The notes: generated from the letters alone by a model not told the origin. 64,000 bases of DNA from Aureliella sp. (GCA_963691875.1 OY829846.1:3520001-3584000), one strand, 5' to 3'; numbered from the stretch's first letter, positions 20,817 through 32,405 are shown. Made by a program: numbers and translations.

Positions 20817-23800
20817 TGGCTCACCACTTCGATGCCAAGCTTGAGCGGCTTGCCTGCGATTTCATATTCTTGCCTGGTCACGGCCGCTGGAGGATCGACG
20901 TTTAGCCGAAGTTCAACGCCGAGCGTTTCACCCAGGATGTATTCCTTGTTTTCCTCGATCGCGGTCAACAGCTCCGCATTATCCGCTTGGAGGTAGACGT
21001 GGATACGATCGGTGAACTGTAAATCTTCTTGCTTGCGCGTGTCCTGTATGAAACGAACGAGGTCTCGGGCGTATCCTTCTCGGATCAGCTCGGGCGTCAA
21101 GTCTGTCGAAAGCACTACGACGCTGTGTCGCCCCTGTGATGCCGTCCAACCAGACTTGGCTTGCAATCGAACTTCAATGTCTTCGCTGTCCAGCGAGATC
21201 TCGTTTCCATCCAGGTTAAGCTGAATCATACCGCTGGATTGAAGCTCGCCCAAGAGAGTAGCTCCGTCAGCCGCCCCCAACGCTTTCTTCAGTGCAGGGA
21301 TTTGCTTGCCAACCTTCGGCCCCAGTTTCTTGAAGTTCGGCAGCACTTGGTATTCGATAAACGGGCTGTTGCCAGAGACGTACCTGATCTCCTTCACATT
21401 CAGCTCTTGGCGTATGATTTCATCGTGTTGCTTCAACCATTCGACATGCGTGTCATCGGCCAAACATACCTCGACACTCGCCAACGGCTGACGAACTTTC
21501 AATTTGGCATCCATCCGAGCGCTTCGGCCCGATGACGCGATCTCTTGTAGCACGCTCATCCGCTCACTAAGCGTCGTATCAAGGCGTGACTTTTCCCCTA
21601 GCGGATAATCGCAAAGGTGAACACTTTCTCGCACCTTGCCAGCAACGGTCTCGGTCAAGGAATTCCAAATCGCCTCGGCTAAAAATGGCACGAATGGAGC
21701 GACCATCTTCGACAGTTCGACGAGCACTTCGTAGAGTGTCCAGTATGCGTCTGCCTTGTCCTCGCTTTCCGCCGCAGAGGCTTCGCCCCAGTAGCGATCG
21801 CGACAACGACGGACGTACCAATTGCTTAGGGCGTCGACCAATGCTGTGATCGCTTGGCAGGCTGGGTAATTGCTGTAGCTATCCATGCACTCGACGACAG
21901 TCGCGTTGGCCTGAGCTAGTTCACCTAAAATCCAGCGATCGAGCTCGCCTCGTTGCTCAACCGGTCGGTAAGTCTTCGCCTGAGCCAGCTCAGATGCGGA
22001 AAGCTGATCTAGCTCGCCGTCGATCTCCGCAGGGCCTGCGAACGAATCTATTTCCGCGTAAATAGTAAAGAAGCTCAACACATTCCACATGCGAAGCATG
22101 AACTCAGGAATGCTGTCTCGGATCGCTCGCTCGGAGTAGATGATCGAGCTCCACGGCGGCTGATTCGCAAAGAAATACCAACGCAGCGCATCAGCACCGT
22201 GGTTGTCAAAGATCTCTTGAGGGCTTCGGTAATTGCGAAGGCTCTTTGACATCTTGCCCGTCTTGGCTACGTAGGCCTTGCCTTCTGCTTCTTTCGCATC
22301 TTCCTCGGTCAGGTGAATCGCCTTGCGACCGTTCTCCTGTGGCTTCTTTGACTCCCACCATTCGGCCAGCATCAGACCAAGTACGATGCAGTTGCGATAT
22401 GGATGCGGGTACTCCTCTTGCCCGCTGAAGAGCATCGTGCTGATGGCGAGTTGGCTGTAGAACCAACCACGAGTTTGGTCGATGGCTTCGCTAATGAAAT
22501 CAGCCGGAAACTCGGCTTTGAAGCGCTCCTCGCCTTGATGCGGATAACCCCACTGCGCAAAAGGCATTGCACCGGAGTCGTACCAGCAGTCGATGACTTC
22601 CGGCACCCGCTGCATGCGAGCACCTTCCGCGAAAGGAGAATCATAGGTGACCGCATCGATGTAAGGCTTGTGAACCTTTAGGTCTTCGCTCAGCTCTGGA
22701 TTCTCTGCCTTGGCCTTCTCCCACATCTCGGTGCCAGTGCGACCTGGCTTGGCGAGCAACTCGTCATAGCAGCCAACTGCCTCACGCTTGCCTGTCTTTT
22801 CGCATTCCCACACTGGGAGTGGTGTGCCCCAGTAGCGTTCGCGGGAGAGTGCCCAATCCACGTTGCTTTCTAAGAAGTTGCCGAAGCGGCCATCGCGAAT
22901 GTTCTCGGGAAGCCAGCCGATCTGCGCGTTGTTGGCGAGCATCTTGTCTTTGAACTGCGTCGTCCGGATGAACCAGCTCTCGCGCGGATATTGGATCAGA
23001 GGGTCTTGTTCGGCTCTCCAGCAAAACGGGTAATCGTGCAAGTATTGATCGTGCAGCAAAAGCAACCCAGCTTCTTTGATGCTGCGAGCGATTTCCTTAT
23101 CCGCATCCTTTACCCATACACCTTCTTGGTCCGGATAGTCGGAAGTGAACTTACCGTCGGGGCCGACCGCACACAGAAGTCCGGGCACTGGTCCGTCATG
23201 ATCGAAACGTTTCAGTTCCTCGACTAGCAACTCATAGTCGGCCTCACCAAAGGCTGGCGCGGTGTGTACAAGGCCAGTACCGCTATCGAGCGTGACAAAG
23301 TCACCTGGAACGACTCGCCAATAAAGCGCTTCTTCCGTTCCATCCTTGAGCTTTCCAGTGGCATCGGCATACTTGGCGTAGTAGGTCTCGGTCGGTGGGC
23401 GATATCGTTTACCGATCAGCTCACTGCCCTTGACGGTCTTCTCAACCGTCCATTCGCGTTTCGCCTTCTCGGAGATCGTCTGCACGAGCGCTTCGGCGAC
23501 AATTAGCCTTTCGCCACTTTCGGCATCAAGGCAGATGGAGTAGTCGATGTCGTGGTGAACAGCGGTGTACGTGTTACTTGGGAGCGTCCACGGAGTGGTG
23601 GTCCACACGACTAGCGATGTATTTTCCTCATCGAACAGCGGGAACTTGACGTAAACACTCGGATCGGCAACTTCGCGATAACCTTGCCCGACCTCTCCGC
23701 TCGAAAGCGCTGTTCCGCCTTGGGCCCACCACCAAACAATCTTGTGACCGCGATAAAGCAGGCCTTCGTCGAAGAGTTTCTTTAGCGACCACCAAACGCT

Positions 23801-24271
23801 TTCGACGTAACTTTGATGATAAGTTACGTAGGCTTCGCTCAGGTCGATCCAGAATCCAATACGCTCGGTCAGTCGTTCCCACTCTTGCATGTAACGCCAG
23901 ACGCTTTGCTGGCACTTTTGGATGAAGGGCTCGATGCCGAACTTTTCAATCTCGTCCTTACCGTGGATTCCGAGCTCTTTGCAGACTTCGACTTCGACGG
24001 GCAAGCCGTGGGTGTCCCAGCCAGCTTTGCGTTCGCAGCGATATCCACGCATCGTCTTATAGCGAGGGAAAAGATCCTTGATTGCGCGGGTCAAGCAGTG
24101 CCCTGGGTGCGGCATCCCATTGGCGGTCGGCGGACCTTCATAGAAGACAAAAGGCTGCGCCCCGGCACGTTGCTGAAGGCTCTTGGCATAAATTTCTCTC
24201 TGCTTCCAGAAGTCTAGGATTTCTTCCTCTTGCTTCGGAAAACGAACTTGGGTGCTGACTGCTTTGAACAT
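20813..24271 (-). CDS. ileS: Isoleucine--tRNA ligase, type 2 (eukaryote/archaea-like)
   Basis: [56 protein letters not shown] and KMSKS motifs; long type-2 C-terminus (KVRQPL...[12 protein letters not shown]); start at ATG 24271. Confidence 0.97.
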   Translation of the reverse strand: MFKAVSTQVRFPKQEEEILDFWKQREIYAKSLQQRAGAQPFVFYEGPPTANGMPHPGHCLTRAIKDLFPRYKTMRGYRCERKAGWDTHGLPVEVEVCKELGIHGKDEIEKFGIEPFIQKCQQSVWRYMQEWERLTERIGFWIDLSEAYVTYHQSYVESVWWSLKKLFDEGLLYRGHKIVWWWAQGGTALSSGEVGQGYREVADPSVYVKFPLFDEENTSLVVWTTTPWTLPSNTYTAVHHDIDYSICLDAESGERLIVAEALVQTISEKAKREWTVEKTVKGSELIGKRYRPPTETYYAKYADATGKLKDGTEEALYWRVVPGDFVTLDSGTGLVHTAPAFGEADYELLVEELKRFDHDGPVPGLLCAVGPDGKFTSDYPDQEGVWVKDADKEIARSIKEAGLLLLHDQYLHDYPFCWRAEQDPLIQYPRESWFIRTTQFKDKMLANNAQIGWLPENIRDGRFGNFLESNVDWALSRERYWGTPLPVWECEKTGKREAVGCYDELLAKPGRTGTEMWEKAKAENPELSEDLKVHKPYIDAVTYDSPFAEGARMQRVPEVIDCWYDSGAMPFAQWGYPHQGEERFKAEFPADFISEAIDQTRGWFYSQLAISTMLFSGQEEYPHPYRNCIVLGLMLAEWWESKKPQENGRKAIHLTEEDAKEAEGKAYVAKTGKMSKSLRNYRSPQEIFDNHGADALRWYFFANQPPWSSIIYSERAIRDSIPEFMLRMWNVLSFFTIYAEIDSFAGPAEIDGELDQLSASELAQAKTYRPVEQRGELDRWILGELAQANATVVECMDSYSNYPACQAITALVDALSNWYVRRCRDRYWGEASAAESEDKADAYWTLYEVLVELSKMVAPFVPFLAEAIWNSLTETVAGKVRESVHLCDYPLGEKSRLDTTLSERMSVLQEIASSGRSARMDAKLKVRQPLASVEVCLADDTHVEWLKQHDEIIRQELNVKEIRYVSGNSPFIEYQVLPNFKKLGPKVGKQIPALKKALGAADGATLLGELQSSGMIQLNLDGNEISLDSEDIEVRLQAKSGWTASQGRHSVVVLSTDLTPELIREGYARDLVRFIQDTRKQEDLQFTDRIHVYLQADNAELLTAIEENKEYILGETLGVELRLNVDPPAAVTRQEYEIAGKPLKLGIEVVSQ

Positions 24272-24430
24272 AGTGTTGTCTGGGAGACGAGTCGGTTTCT
24301 GTTGGGGCTGGTAAGCTGGCCACATCCTCAGTTGACGCAGCAACTGTGAACAGCATGCGTTTCATGTCTTGCGTTTCGGTTTTTTTTTATGACCCGAGGT
24401 GTTCGTCCTGAAGCTGCGTTTCTTCAAACT

Positions 24431-24530
24431 CACCCTCCCGACTTGCGGGAGGGTCGGACGTAATGCGGCCGGCGAGGGCTGGATCGGCCCCTCTCCGCTG
24501 GCATTATTCGCGACTTTACCCAAGGAGAGT
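24431..24530. repeat. REP-like palindromic element (CCCTCCC...GGGAGGG type)
   Basis: ACCCTCCCG-ACTTG-CGGGAGGGT hairpin followed by a degenerate inverted half (CCCTCTCC...GGAGAGT) in the ileS-LOG intergenic region. Confidence 0.5.
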
Positions 24531-24680
24531 CAGCTACATTCGAAATCGAAGCTCAGTATCACGGCTCACTCGATGGGAAGATTTTCGCCGGATGTGCCCA
24601 GTTATCAAAGCCCACTTGCTGTTTTGCCTGGATCGTAGATTGCATAAGATTTGATTCTCCTATTCGCAAAGAGGGCAGCT

Positions 24681-25763
24681 ATGGCTTACGACGAAGATTT
24701 CACCCAGTTTCCTCAGGCTCGTGGCGAGGATGTCAAGGAACGGCCACAACCCGCAGATGATCCTGCAGAAGGCACTAGTTCAGGGCATTTGGACCTGCTG
24801 GACATGATGCGGACCACTATCGAGCGGCTGGAAAAGGATGAAACTTCGCGTGGTGACCTCAAAATCCTGCAGCGATCGCTCAAAGAGCTGCGTTATGCGT
24901 TCAAAGTCTTCCAACCGTATCGCCGAAGACGCAAAGTGACCGTGTTTGGTTCAGCGCGGACCAAACCGGAAGAACCGCCCTACCAACAGGCAGTCGAGTT
25001 TGGCCAAGCGATGTCGAAGCAGGGCTGGATGACGATCACTGGGGCTGGAGGCGGGATCATGGAAGCAGGCCATGTCGGAGCTGGTAAAGAACTGTCCATG
25101 GGCCTCAATATCCACCTGCCCTTTGAGCAAAGCTCCAATCACATCATCGAAGGTGACCCCAAGCTGGTCACCATGAAGTACTTCTTTACTCGGAAGCTGA
25201 TGTTCGTCAAAGAATGCAGTGCCGTGGTTTCACTGCCAGGCGGCTTTGGCACGCTCGACGAAACAGCTGAAACGCTGACTCTCGTGCAAACTGGCAAGCA
25301 GACGATGATTCCGATCGTGCTGCTCGATGCACCTGGAGGCGACTACTGGAAGCACTTCGGCGACTTCGTTGAGAAAACTCTGCTGCGAGATGGCGTGATC
25401 AGCCCTGAAGACCTCGCGCTCTACAAGATTGTCGATAGCGTCGAAGCTGCCGTAGAAGAAGTACTCGGGTTCTATCGTGTCTATCACAGCATGCGTTACG
25501 TTAACGACACATTGGTGCTACGGATCAATCAAGAGCTGACCGAGCAACAGATTGAAAAACTCAACGAAGAATTTTCAGGGATTTTGGTGGCAGGCAAAAT
25601 CGAACAAGGCGAAGCACTGCCTCAGGAAGCCAACGAACCAGAGCTGGCTGATATGCCTCGCATCAAGCTTCGCTTTGACCGTAAACAGCTGGGCCGCCTA
25701 AGGATGCTCATCGATGCCATCAACGACACTTGCCCCATCTGCGAGGTATCGCCTTCGTCGTAA
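24681..25763 (+). CDS. LOG family (TIGR00730-like) nucleotide phosphoribohydrolase
   Basis: VTVFGSAR, ITGAGGGIMEA, FFTRKLMF and PGGFGTLDE motifs; start at ATG 24681. Confidence 0.92.
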   Translation: MAYDEDFTQFPQARGEDVKERPQPADDPAEGTSSGHLDLLDMMRTTIERLEKDETSRGDLKILQRSLKELRYAFKVFQPYRRRRKVTVFGSARTKPEEPPYQQAVEFGQAMSKQGWMTITGAGGGIMEAGHVGAGKELSMGLNIHLPFEQSSNHIIEGDPKLVTMKYFFTRKLMFVKECSAVVSLPGGFGTLDETAETLTLVQTGKQTMIPIVLLDAPGGDYWKHFGDFVEKTLLRDGVISPEDLALYKIVDSVEAAVEEVLGFYRVYHSMRYVNDTLVLRINQELTEQQIEKLNEEFSGILVAGKIEQGEALPQEANEPELADMPRIKLRFDRKQLGRLRMLIDAINDTCPICEVSPSS

Positions 25764-25770
25764 GAGCCTC

Positions 25771-25797
25771 GTAGCGGAACTCGTCAAAAGTTTCGGC
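25771..25797 (+). repeat. GTAG-type REP-like repeat, family A
   Basis: GTAGCGGAACTCGTCAAAAGTTTCGGC; reverse-complement copies at 60702-60728 and 60741-60766. Confidence 0.65.
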
Positions 25798-25821
25798 CGG
25801 GCCGCCCGAAATGGAGAACAT

Positions 25822-25887
25822 CACAAAGCACACGAAGTAAAACGGTATGCGACTTTAAGCTTTGTGCTCTTCGCGTCCTTTGTGGTT
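25822..25887. repeat. Inverted repeat pair (CACAAAG-CACGAAG / CTTCGCGTCCTTTGTG)
   Basis: Imperfect inverted repeats between the convergent LOG and recQ genes. Confidence 0.45.
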
Positions 25888-26020
25888 TCTTTTCGCTGGT
25901 TGCGAATGCCGTCATTACCATGCCACATGAATGCAGGACGACGAGCGCTCGTTGTCGGCTCTGCGCATATGTGCAGGTTGATTGACAAGCTAGAAACGCT
26001 AGAGGCTTATCCCGCTTGGA

Positions 26021-27952
26021 TCAGCCGTCAGTAAGCGTCTCGAGCACAGTGTCGAATGGGACGGCAGAGCAGCACCCATAGAGCGGTTCGCGTGAAAGGC
26101 GGGCACGAATCGATTTGGGAGAGGAAAGACCGCAGAGGAATCGAGCTTGCTGTAAAACTTCGGATAACTCCACAGGCTTTTTCTTTTGTAAAGCACGCAA
26201 TCCAGTCAGGGCAGAATCGCCGACTCGCGGTACGCGCATTTCTGGCAACTTGGTGATAGCTTCACCGCAGCAGAAGCTACAACTCTCGCATTTAGTTTCA
26301 ATCTTTTGCCCAAAATGCTCAGACAACATCGCTGACTGGCAGCGATTAGCGCACATCAGCTTGAACAACTCGTTTAGTCGCGAAAGCTCACCGATCTGTC
26401 GATCGGTTACGTAGTCATGTAAGTGATCCGTCATCGAGTCAATATCGGTGATAGGCCTCAACTTGCGATAGCCGTGAACTAGCCCCGATGCCTTCAGTTC
26501 AATCCAGCCTTTTTCAGCGAAGTAATCGAGCATCTTCACGATGCGAGTCCGATCACACTTCAAGCGATCGGCAGCTTGTGCCAGGTTGATCTCGAACCAG
26601 ATCTTCTTTTTGACCGTCAGCGAAAGCACGTTGGAGGCAAACACGCGGCGCTCGCCTTCGAAGTGCTTGAGAATCTCCGTAGTATTAATCCGTGGCTTAT
26701 ATTGATAAGCGTCGTAACGCGGCGAAGTGGCTTGCAGCCAGCCTTCAAGCTCCAAGTTCGTCATCAGTGTTCGCACTACCGAATCACGAATGTCTGCTTC
26801 GCAAGCAAGCGAATAGTAGCTGACGAAGAAGTTTTCAGGCTGACCGACGAGAAACTCGACGAAACGCCGCAGCGCTTTCTCGCTAGGCATATCGCCGTAG
26901 GCAAAATTGTCGAGCACGACTCGATCTTCCGGAACGAGCAATGTTTCGCAAACGGAGTCTTCACCATCTCGGCCCGCCCGCCCAATTTCCTGTGCGTAGT
27001 TCTCGATCGATTTCGAAGCGTTGTAGTGATAAATCGCTCGAATGTCGGATTTGTCGATGCCCATCCCAAAAGCAATCGTAGCAACGACGATGGCGTCGGA
27101 TGACTGCATAAACCAATCCTGAATCTCGTCACGCTCTTCTGGTCTGAGCCCCGCGTGATAAGCTCGCGCCGGAAGATCATTTTGCTGCAGGTAGTCGGCG
27201 ACCACCTCCGCCGTTTTTTGCAGCGTTACGTAGACTAGAGTTGTCTGTGCTGGTGCTTCTTGCAGACGCGAAAGCAAGGTGCGATCACGCTCCCTCGCCG
27301 AGCACAGAGTGAAACGAAGTGCGAGATTGGGACGAAAGAAAGGCGTCTGAATCGCGTCTTCCTTTGCGATAGAGAACTGACCACAGATGTCATCCAGAAC
27401 TTGCGGTGTTGCCGTCGCGGTCAGTGCCAAGATTCGTTCGGCCTCTAAATCTGCGGCAAGTTTCGCGAGTTTCAAATAGTCGGGACGAAAGTTGTGCCCC
27501 CACTGACTAATACAATGAGCTTCATCGATAGCGAACAAGGAAATAGGAACACCCTTGATAAACTCTCGAAATCGCTCGTTAAAGAAGCGTTCTGGCGCTA
27601 CGTATAGAAGCTTGATTTCACAGCTTCGGATCCCATCCATCAGCCCCCGCGACTCGTCAGCTGAAAGAGTCGAATCCAGTCTTCCTGCCTTGATGCCTCG
27701 GCTATTGAGGAAATCGACTTGTTCTCGCATTAATGCGAGCAATGGCGAAACCACCAGTGTCAGACCCTCGAGCAACGTCGCAGGCAGCTGATAACACAAC
27801 GACTTGCCACCGCCCGTTGGAAAAATCGCCGCCGCTGAACGCCCCTGAAAAAGCCGCTTAAGCACGGGCACTTGGCCCGATCGGAACTGGTCCAATCCAA
27901 ACTGTTCCCGCAGACACTCTTCTAATTGTTGCTCTGTTACATCCATAGTCAC
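26021..27952 (-). CDS. recQ: RecQ family ATP-dependent DNA helicase
   Basis: PTGGGKSLCYQLP, IDEAHCISQWGHNFRPDY, ATIAFGMGIDK, QEIGRAGRDG motifs and a C-terminal Zn site (C...CESCSFC); no HRDC domain recognised. Confidence 0.93.
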   Translation of the reverse strand: MTMDVTEQQLEECLREQFGLDQFRSGQVPVLKRLFQGRSAAAIFPTGGGKSLCYQLPATLLEGLTLVVSPLLALMREQVDFLNSRGIKAGRLDSTLSADESRGLMDGIRSCEIKLLYVAPERFFNERFREFIKGVPISLFAIDEAHCISQWGHNFRPDYLKLAKLAADLEAERILALTATATPQVLDDICGQFSIAKEDAIQTPFFRPNLALRFTLCSARERDRTLLSRLQEAPAQTTLVYVTLQKTAEVVADYLQQNDLPARAYHAGLRPEERDEIQDWFMQSSDAIVVATIAFGMGIDKSDIRAIYHYNASKSIENYAQEIGRAGRDGEDSVCETLLVPEDRVVLDNFAYGDMPSEKALRRFVEFLVGQPENFFVSYYSLACEADIRDSVVRTLMTNLELEGWLQATSPRYDAYQYKPRINTTEILKHFEGERRVFASNVLSLTVKKKIWFEINLAQAADRLKCDRTRIVKMLDYFAEKGWIELKASGLVHGYRKLRPITDIDSMTDHLHDYVTDRQIGELSRLNELFKLMCANRCQSAMLSEHFGQKIETKCESCSFCCGEAITKLPEMRVPRVGDSALTGLRALQKKKPVELSEVLQQARFLCGLSSPKSIRARLSREPLYGCCSAVPFDTVLETLTDG

Positions 27953-28305
27953 AAACTACCTGTTTCCTCTCAATCCTGCTAGCCGCGAAGAAAGGGCGAA
28001 TCATTGTTTCGCAACAGTGGAGTGAGCCGAACGGCCTCGCGTTGGGAGGTTCCTGGGAAACGCTGGCCCGCGGCTGACGCCGGCGGCTCGCTGACTTACC
28101 CTGACCGCAGAGAACCACACTCCTACACCCAACATTAGAGACGTCGATGGAACTGATGACTTACAAGTAATTTGTCTTTTCTTCATTCCTGGCGCTGCCG
28201 CATGAACTAAGACGTAGTTCCTCTGAGCATTGTCGAATCGAATCCTGGAATAGGCGCATAGATGGAAGCAATAGTTCAATTGGTTGTAGCATTGTTGCCG
28301 CATTT

Positions 28306-28794
28306 GTGGCGATGGCTGTTGCGACCCTTGCACTAATTGCACAGCTTGTCTTGCTTCTGATTTCGTTGCTGTTCGTGCTGTTGACGGAGGGGCTTGACGC
28401 AGCAGGAAAGCACTATTGGGACAAGGCTACGAAAGAACCCGCGACTCAGAAACCAGGCAAGACTCAAGAGGAATCCACAACGAAGCAGCTCAACCCCAGG
28501 GCGTTTATGATCTTCGGCGGCGGCGTCATTGGGCTTCTGGTGGACTGCGGATTCTGGCTTCAGCATTACTGGGAAAAGAAGAAGATCAAAGTTACCAACA
28601 GTCTGCTTGCCAAAATAGCGATTCAGTTGGAGAACGGCATAGAAGATCCCGAAACGCAGAATCCCGTCGCAGGTCCCCTCGCTGAACGCGAGGCGTGTCA
28701 GCGCCCTCTCGAGTACTTTGTTGATGAAACCCTAACCGGCACTCTCCTGGTAATTAGCGAGAATGGGCCTGGGGTGCAGCCCGGGAGAAGATGA
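28306..28794 (+). pseudogene. Probable degraded membrane protein with a GspG-C-like tail
   Basis: Two hydrophobic stretches and ACQRPLEY...LLVISENGPG, resembling the DxWGxPxxY...xxSxGPD tail; weak start, appears eroded. Confidence 0.35.
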
Positions 28795-28839
28795 AAAGAC
28801 TCTCCGCGGTGATGCCGAGTAGCTTCTGTATTGAATTAG

Positions 28840-30321
28840 TCAGTCATGCCACTGGAACTCTGATGCTTTGGGCCACCACATCTCCCAGAAGTAGCGTAAC
28901 GTCGTCCTCGGCCAGAGTGTGTAGTTGTGGTTATTCTTGTCGGTGTACCAAGAGTTGCAGCCCTCGGAGAATACAGATTGATGCATCGCTCGATCAAGCT
29001 CTTGCTGGTATTTCGATACAGCCTGTGGCAGTGGTTCAAGGCTGCTTTTCTTTAGACGCTTGAGCATTCTCAGGCACTTCAGGATGTACTGCACTTGAGA
29101 CTCAATCATGAGGATCACGGAATTGTGAGCCAAGCCACTGTTGGGGCCAAGAAGCAGAAACATATTGGGAAAGCCTGGGACCATGACGGTTCGATGTGCT
29201 AATACCTTGTCTTCCCAGGCCGCTGCCAGTGTCCTGCCATCACGCCCTTGCATCTGAATATATTGTTCAATGGAAAAGGGACGAAAGCCGGTTGCAGCCA
29301 CGATAACATCGAGTGGGTACTGCTTGCCGTCTGCCAACTGAATACCCGACGGCGTAATACGCTCAATTGGCCGAGAAACTAACTTTACGTCTGGGCGAGC
29401 GAGTGTCGCGTAGTAGTCATCGCTAAGCAAAATTCGTTTGCAGCCGATAGTGTAATCAGGCGTTAAGGCATGCCGCAGATCAGGGTCCTGAATATGCCAT
29501 CGTAGATGCTTTAACGCCCGCTCCTCCAGTGATTTGGCCATGGAACTTCCCGGCCGTGCGAATCGACCTCGCGCCTCGAGGTACCAGTAGTAAAACCAAC
29601 GAGGCAAATTCGCTGCACCCGGGATTTGAAGCAGCCACTGGGCCCACGATGGGTACGCTCGATCGCGTCTAGGGACGATCCACGCTGGCGAACGCTGGAA
29701 CACCGACAGGTGCTTCGCCTTATCGGCAATGGCTGGCACAATTTGAATCGCGCTTGCACCGCTTCCGATGACTCCAATACGCTTTCCCTCCCACTGGTGA
29801 TCATGCGGCCATCGCGCCGAGTGAAACAACTCGCCTTGGAACGATTCTAATCCCTCGAAGGCTGGAATATTCGGCAGGTGTAGAGCCCCTAAGGCACAGA
29901 CCAACACATCTGATTGCACCCTACGACCGTCTACCAAATTGATGTTCCACCGACCGTCTTGAAAACTTGCCTGATGCACCTCAGCCCCGAACTCCAGATA
30001 TGGTTCGATAGCAGGATTCTTCGCAACCGACTCACAGTACTCTTGAATCTCTTCACCCGGTGCAAAGATCCGGCTCCAAAGCGGCTTAGGGGCGAAAGAG
30101 TAGGAGTAGAGGTGTGAGGGCACATCACAGGCAACTCCAGGGTAAATATTATCACGCCAGGTTCCACCTACGCGATCCGCTTTCTCCAGGACGACAAACG
30201 ACTTCACGCTAGCTTGCCGCAGTCGCCAGGCCATGCACAGACCTGAAAGCCCTGCGCCAACCACAGCGACTTGAACCCTCTGAATTCCCCGCGCCTTCGC
30301 TATTCGCCCCGACGAGCTCAC
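28840..30321 (-). CDS. Flavin-containing monooxygenase (Baeyer-Villiger type)
   Basis: VVGAGLSG, GGTWRDNIYPG-ACD, BVMO fingerprint FQGELFHSARW, VIGSGASAIQ, ATGF; start probably GTG 30321 (the track gives 30420). Confidence 0.92.
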   Translation of the reverse strand: MSSSGRIAKARGIQRVQVAVVGAGLSGLCMAWRLRQASVKSFVVLEKADRVGGTWRDNIYPGVACDVPSHLYSYSFAPKPLWSRIFAPGEEIQEYCESVAKNPAIEPYLEFGAEVHQASFQDGRWNINLVDGRRVQSDVLVCALGALHLPNIPAFEGLESFQGELFHSARWPHDHQWEGKRIGVIGSGASAIQIVPAIADKAKHLSVFQRSPAWIVPRRDRAYPSWAQWLLQIPGAANLPRWFYYWYLEARGRFARPGSSMAKSLEERALKHLRWHIQDPDLRHALTPDYTIGCKRILLSDDYYATLARPDVKLVSRPIERITPSGIQLADGKQYPLDVIVAATGFRPFSIEQYIQMQGRDGRTLAAAWEDKVLAHRTVMVPGFPNMFLLLGPNSGLAHNSVILMIESQVQYILKCLRMLKRLKKSSLEPLPQAVSKYQQELDRAMHQSVFSEGCNSWYTDKNNHNYTLWPRTTLRYFWEMWWPKASEFQWHD

Positions 30322-30554
30322 GGTGAAACCTCGCGCCGTTGTTTTAGAGCTGCAATCATTCTCGTTTCCGTCTGTAGACCTTGGCACACCTGTCCGTGCG
30401 AACGCACATTCTGACCTCATCGCATTCCTGTCAGAAGGCGTAAGCCGAGCTTGGCGGGCGATAGTGTACTTTTCCTTCGGGTGAGCGTCGAGAAGTCGTA
30501 CCTAGAAGCCTCACAGGGGCGCAACTAACGGTAAAGCATCAGGCGGTAATTGCT

Positions 30555-31871
30555 TCACGGGGGTGATCCTTCGGCTTCTGAGCTCCTACCCTCTGGGACG
30601 GGCGGTGTAGCTAGTAGCATGAGTGGGCCGAGGGGAAGAAGAAGAGCCGCGAAGAGCCAGAGGCCTGGCACAAAGCTATTGTAGCTGTCCTTGAGGAAAC
30701 CGAGCAAAGCGGGGCCACACCCACTACCAGCAACCGTGGTGCACCAAATCGTTCCACGAATCTTGCCGAGGTGCTTGGTGCCATAGTAACGAACCCAGAC
30801 TGTAGCGCTCGTGACGATGAGAAGGCCTTGGCCAGCACCGAAGGAAAGAGCAAATAGATGCATCTGCATGGAGCCACTCGTCAGAGGTACGATACAGGCA
30901 CCAGCCGCCAAGAGGCAGAAACCGATGCTCAGCAAGATGTTGGCTGGATATCGATCCGCCAAAATGCCGCCGAGCAACTGCGAAGCAAGCATCACAGAGG
31001 AAAAAGTGGTAAACATCCACCTGACCTCCTCCTTGGGAATTCCAAAGCTACCGAAGACATCGATCGCAAAAAAGATGACTCCCGTGCCGGAGAGCGCCCA
31101 CAGCAACATGCCGGCACCTAGAATCCATAGAGCCGGCCCACTCGCTGCCTCGCGCAAGGTGAGGCTGATTTCGCGATCTTCTTCTGGCGGGGCGTCGCTT
31201 TCTAGCTCCAGCTTCCCGTTGGACTCATCCGCTTGATCTTCTTTGCCGTCTGGAAGCAAGCTCAGATCTTTGGGGTGATTGCGTAGGAGCAAAACCACCA
31301 ACGGAATCAAAGTTAGTGCGACGAACACTCCCATGAAGAAATAGGTATTTCGCCAGCCGAATGAATCGTTGGAGCGCATTAGCAGGCCTGGCAACAGCCC
31401 GAAAGCAGCGGCGATGCCTAGCGCCATGGCACCGTTGATGCGGCCTAGCTTATCGCGAAACCACATCGAGACGATGTTGCCGGGCAGAAGGCTCATGGCG
31501 CCTTGGCCGAGCCAACGCAGCAGCATGAAACCTGCGAGCAGAGTGAAGAACCCTTGGGCGAAACTCATGAAAACGCAGGCGAGGCTCAGGCCGATCGCTA
31601 CGAATAGGGTGGTCTTTCGCAGTCCAATTCGGTCAGATAGTGGCCCGACGAATGACAGTGGTATTGCGGCCAAAGCGGTTCCGAGCATGTACGCGAGGGA
31701 AAGCTGCGTGTTAGAGATCCCTAGCTCGTGTTTCAGTTGCGGGCCAAATGCCATGATCGCGAAAGTCTGCCCGGGCGAGGAACAGATGAGGGCCCACACT
31801 GCCAGCAAAGCAACAACATAACCGTAGAAGAAAGGCAGCCGGCTGGCGAGATACTCGGGCAAACGCAGCAT
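30555..31871 (-). CDS. MFS transporter
   Basis: About 12 hydrophobic segments; GPLSDRIGLR motif A, GILADRY and YYGTKHLGKIRG. Confidence 0.92.
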   Translation of the reverse strand: MLRLPEYLASRLPFFYGYVVALLAVWALICSSPGQTFAIMAFGPQLKHELGISNTQLSLAYMLGTALAAIPLSFVGPLSDRIGLRKTTLFVAIGLSLACVFMSFAQGFFTLLAGFMLLRWLGQGAMSLLPGNIVSMWFRDKLGRINGAMALGIAAAFGLLPGLLMRSNDSFGWRNTYFFMGVFVALTLIPLVVLLLRNHPKDLSLLPDGKEDQADESNGKLELESDAPPEEDREISLTLREAASGPALWILGAGMLLWALSGTGVIFFAIDVFGSFGIPKEEVRWMFTTFSSVMLASQLLGGILADRYPANILLSIGFCLLAAGACIVPLTSGSMQMHLFALSFGAGQGLLIVTSATVWVRYYGTKHLGKIRGTIWCTTVAGSGCGPALLGFLKDSYNSFVPGLWLFAALLLPLGPLMLLATPPVPEGRSSEAEGSPP

Positions 31872-32190
31872 TCAGTCGGCTTTGAGCAGTGGAGTGGCTA
31901 ATTGCGAAATTCTAAGGCAGCGGCCGAACTATTCCGGCCCGCGGGAAGTCTTGCCTTAGCTGGAGCAAGAGTAGACACGATAGGTTCACCATTGCCTTCA
32001 CGATTGCCTAGGGGCCTGACTCTTAAATCACTTCAAGTGTGACTCTGGCGGAGCCGACAAGAATGATTCGAGGAAGTTGTTCCAAGGGAGAAAGCAGACC
32101 ATCGAGCATCAATGCTCAGGACGCCGAGAACTTGAAAGCGAATTTCCGTCGAAAGCCTTGCTTTCGCAAGATTTGCCGCCGAAATTAATC

Positions 32191-32218
32191 TTGTGCTGGT
32201 TGGTGCCGCCGATACACT
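32191..32218 (+). promoter_or_regulatory. Putative sigma70 promoter of the tRNA-tuf operon
   Basis: TTGTGC-N16-TACACT about 80 nt upstream of the first tRNA. Confidence 0.35.
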
Positions 32219-32300
32219 ATGCCCTTCCGGAATTACACCTAGGACGAGTCTAGGCAGATTGAGAGGTCTATCCTGACCACGTTAGATTGCCTATTTTCGC

Positions 32301-32373
32301 GCCAACATAGCTCAGTTGGTAGAGCTGCTGATTTGTAATCAGCCGGTCGGGGGTTCGAGTCCCTCTGTTGGCT
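32301..32373 (+). tRNA. tRNA-Thr(TGT)
   Basis: Cloverleaf GCCAACA.../TGTTGGC, anticodon arm CTGAT-TTGTAA-TCAG, GTTCGAGTC T loop. Confidence 0.96.
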
Positions 32374-32405
32374 CTTGTTCGTTCCTGTGCATTCAGGAAT
32401 GAACC

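Noticed and set aside
24272..24430. T-box or riboswitch upstream of ileS
   Set aside because: No T-box consensus or recognisable aptamer; the nearby hairpins fit a REP-like element.
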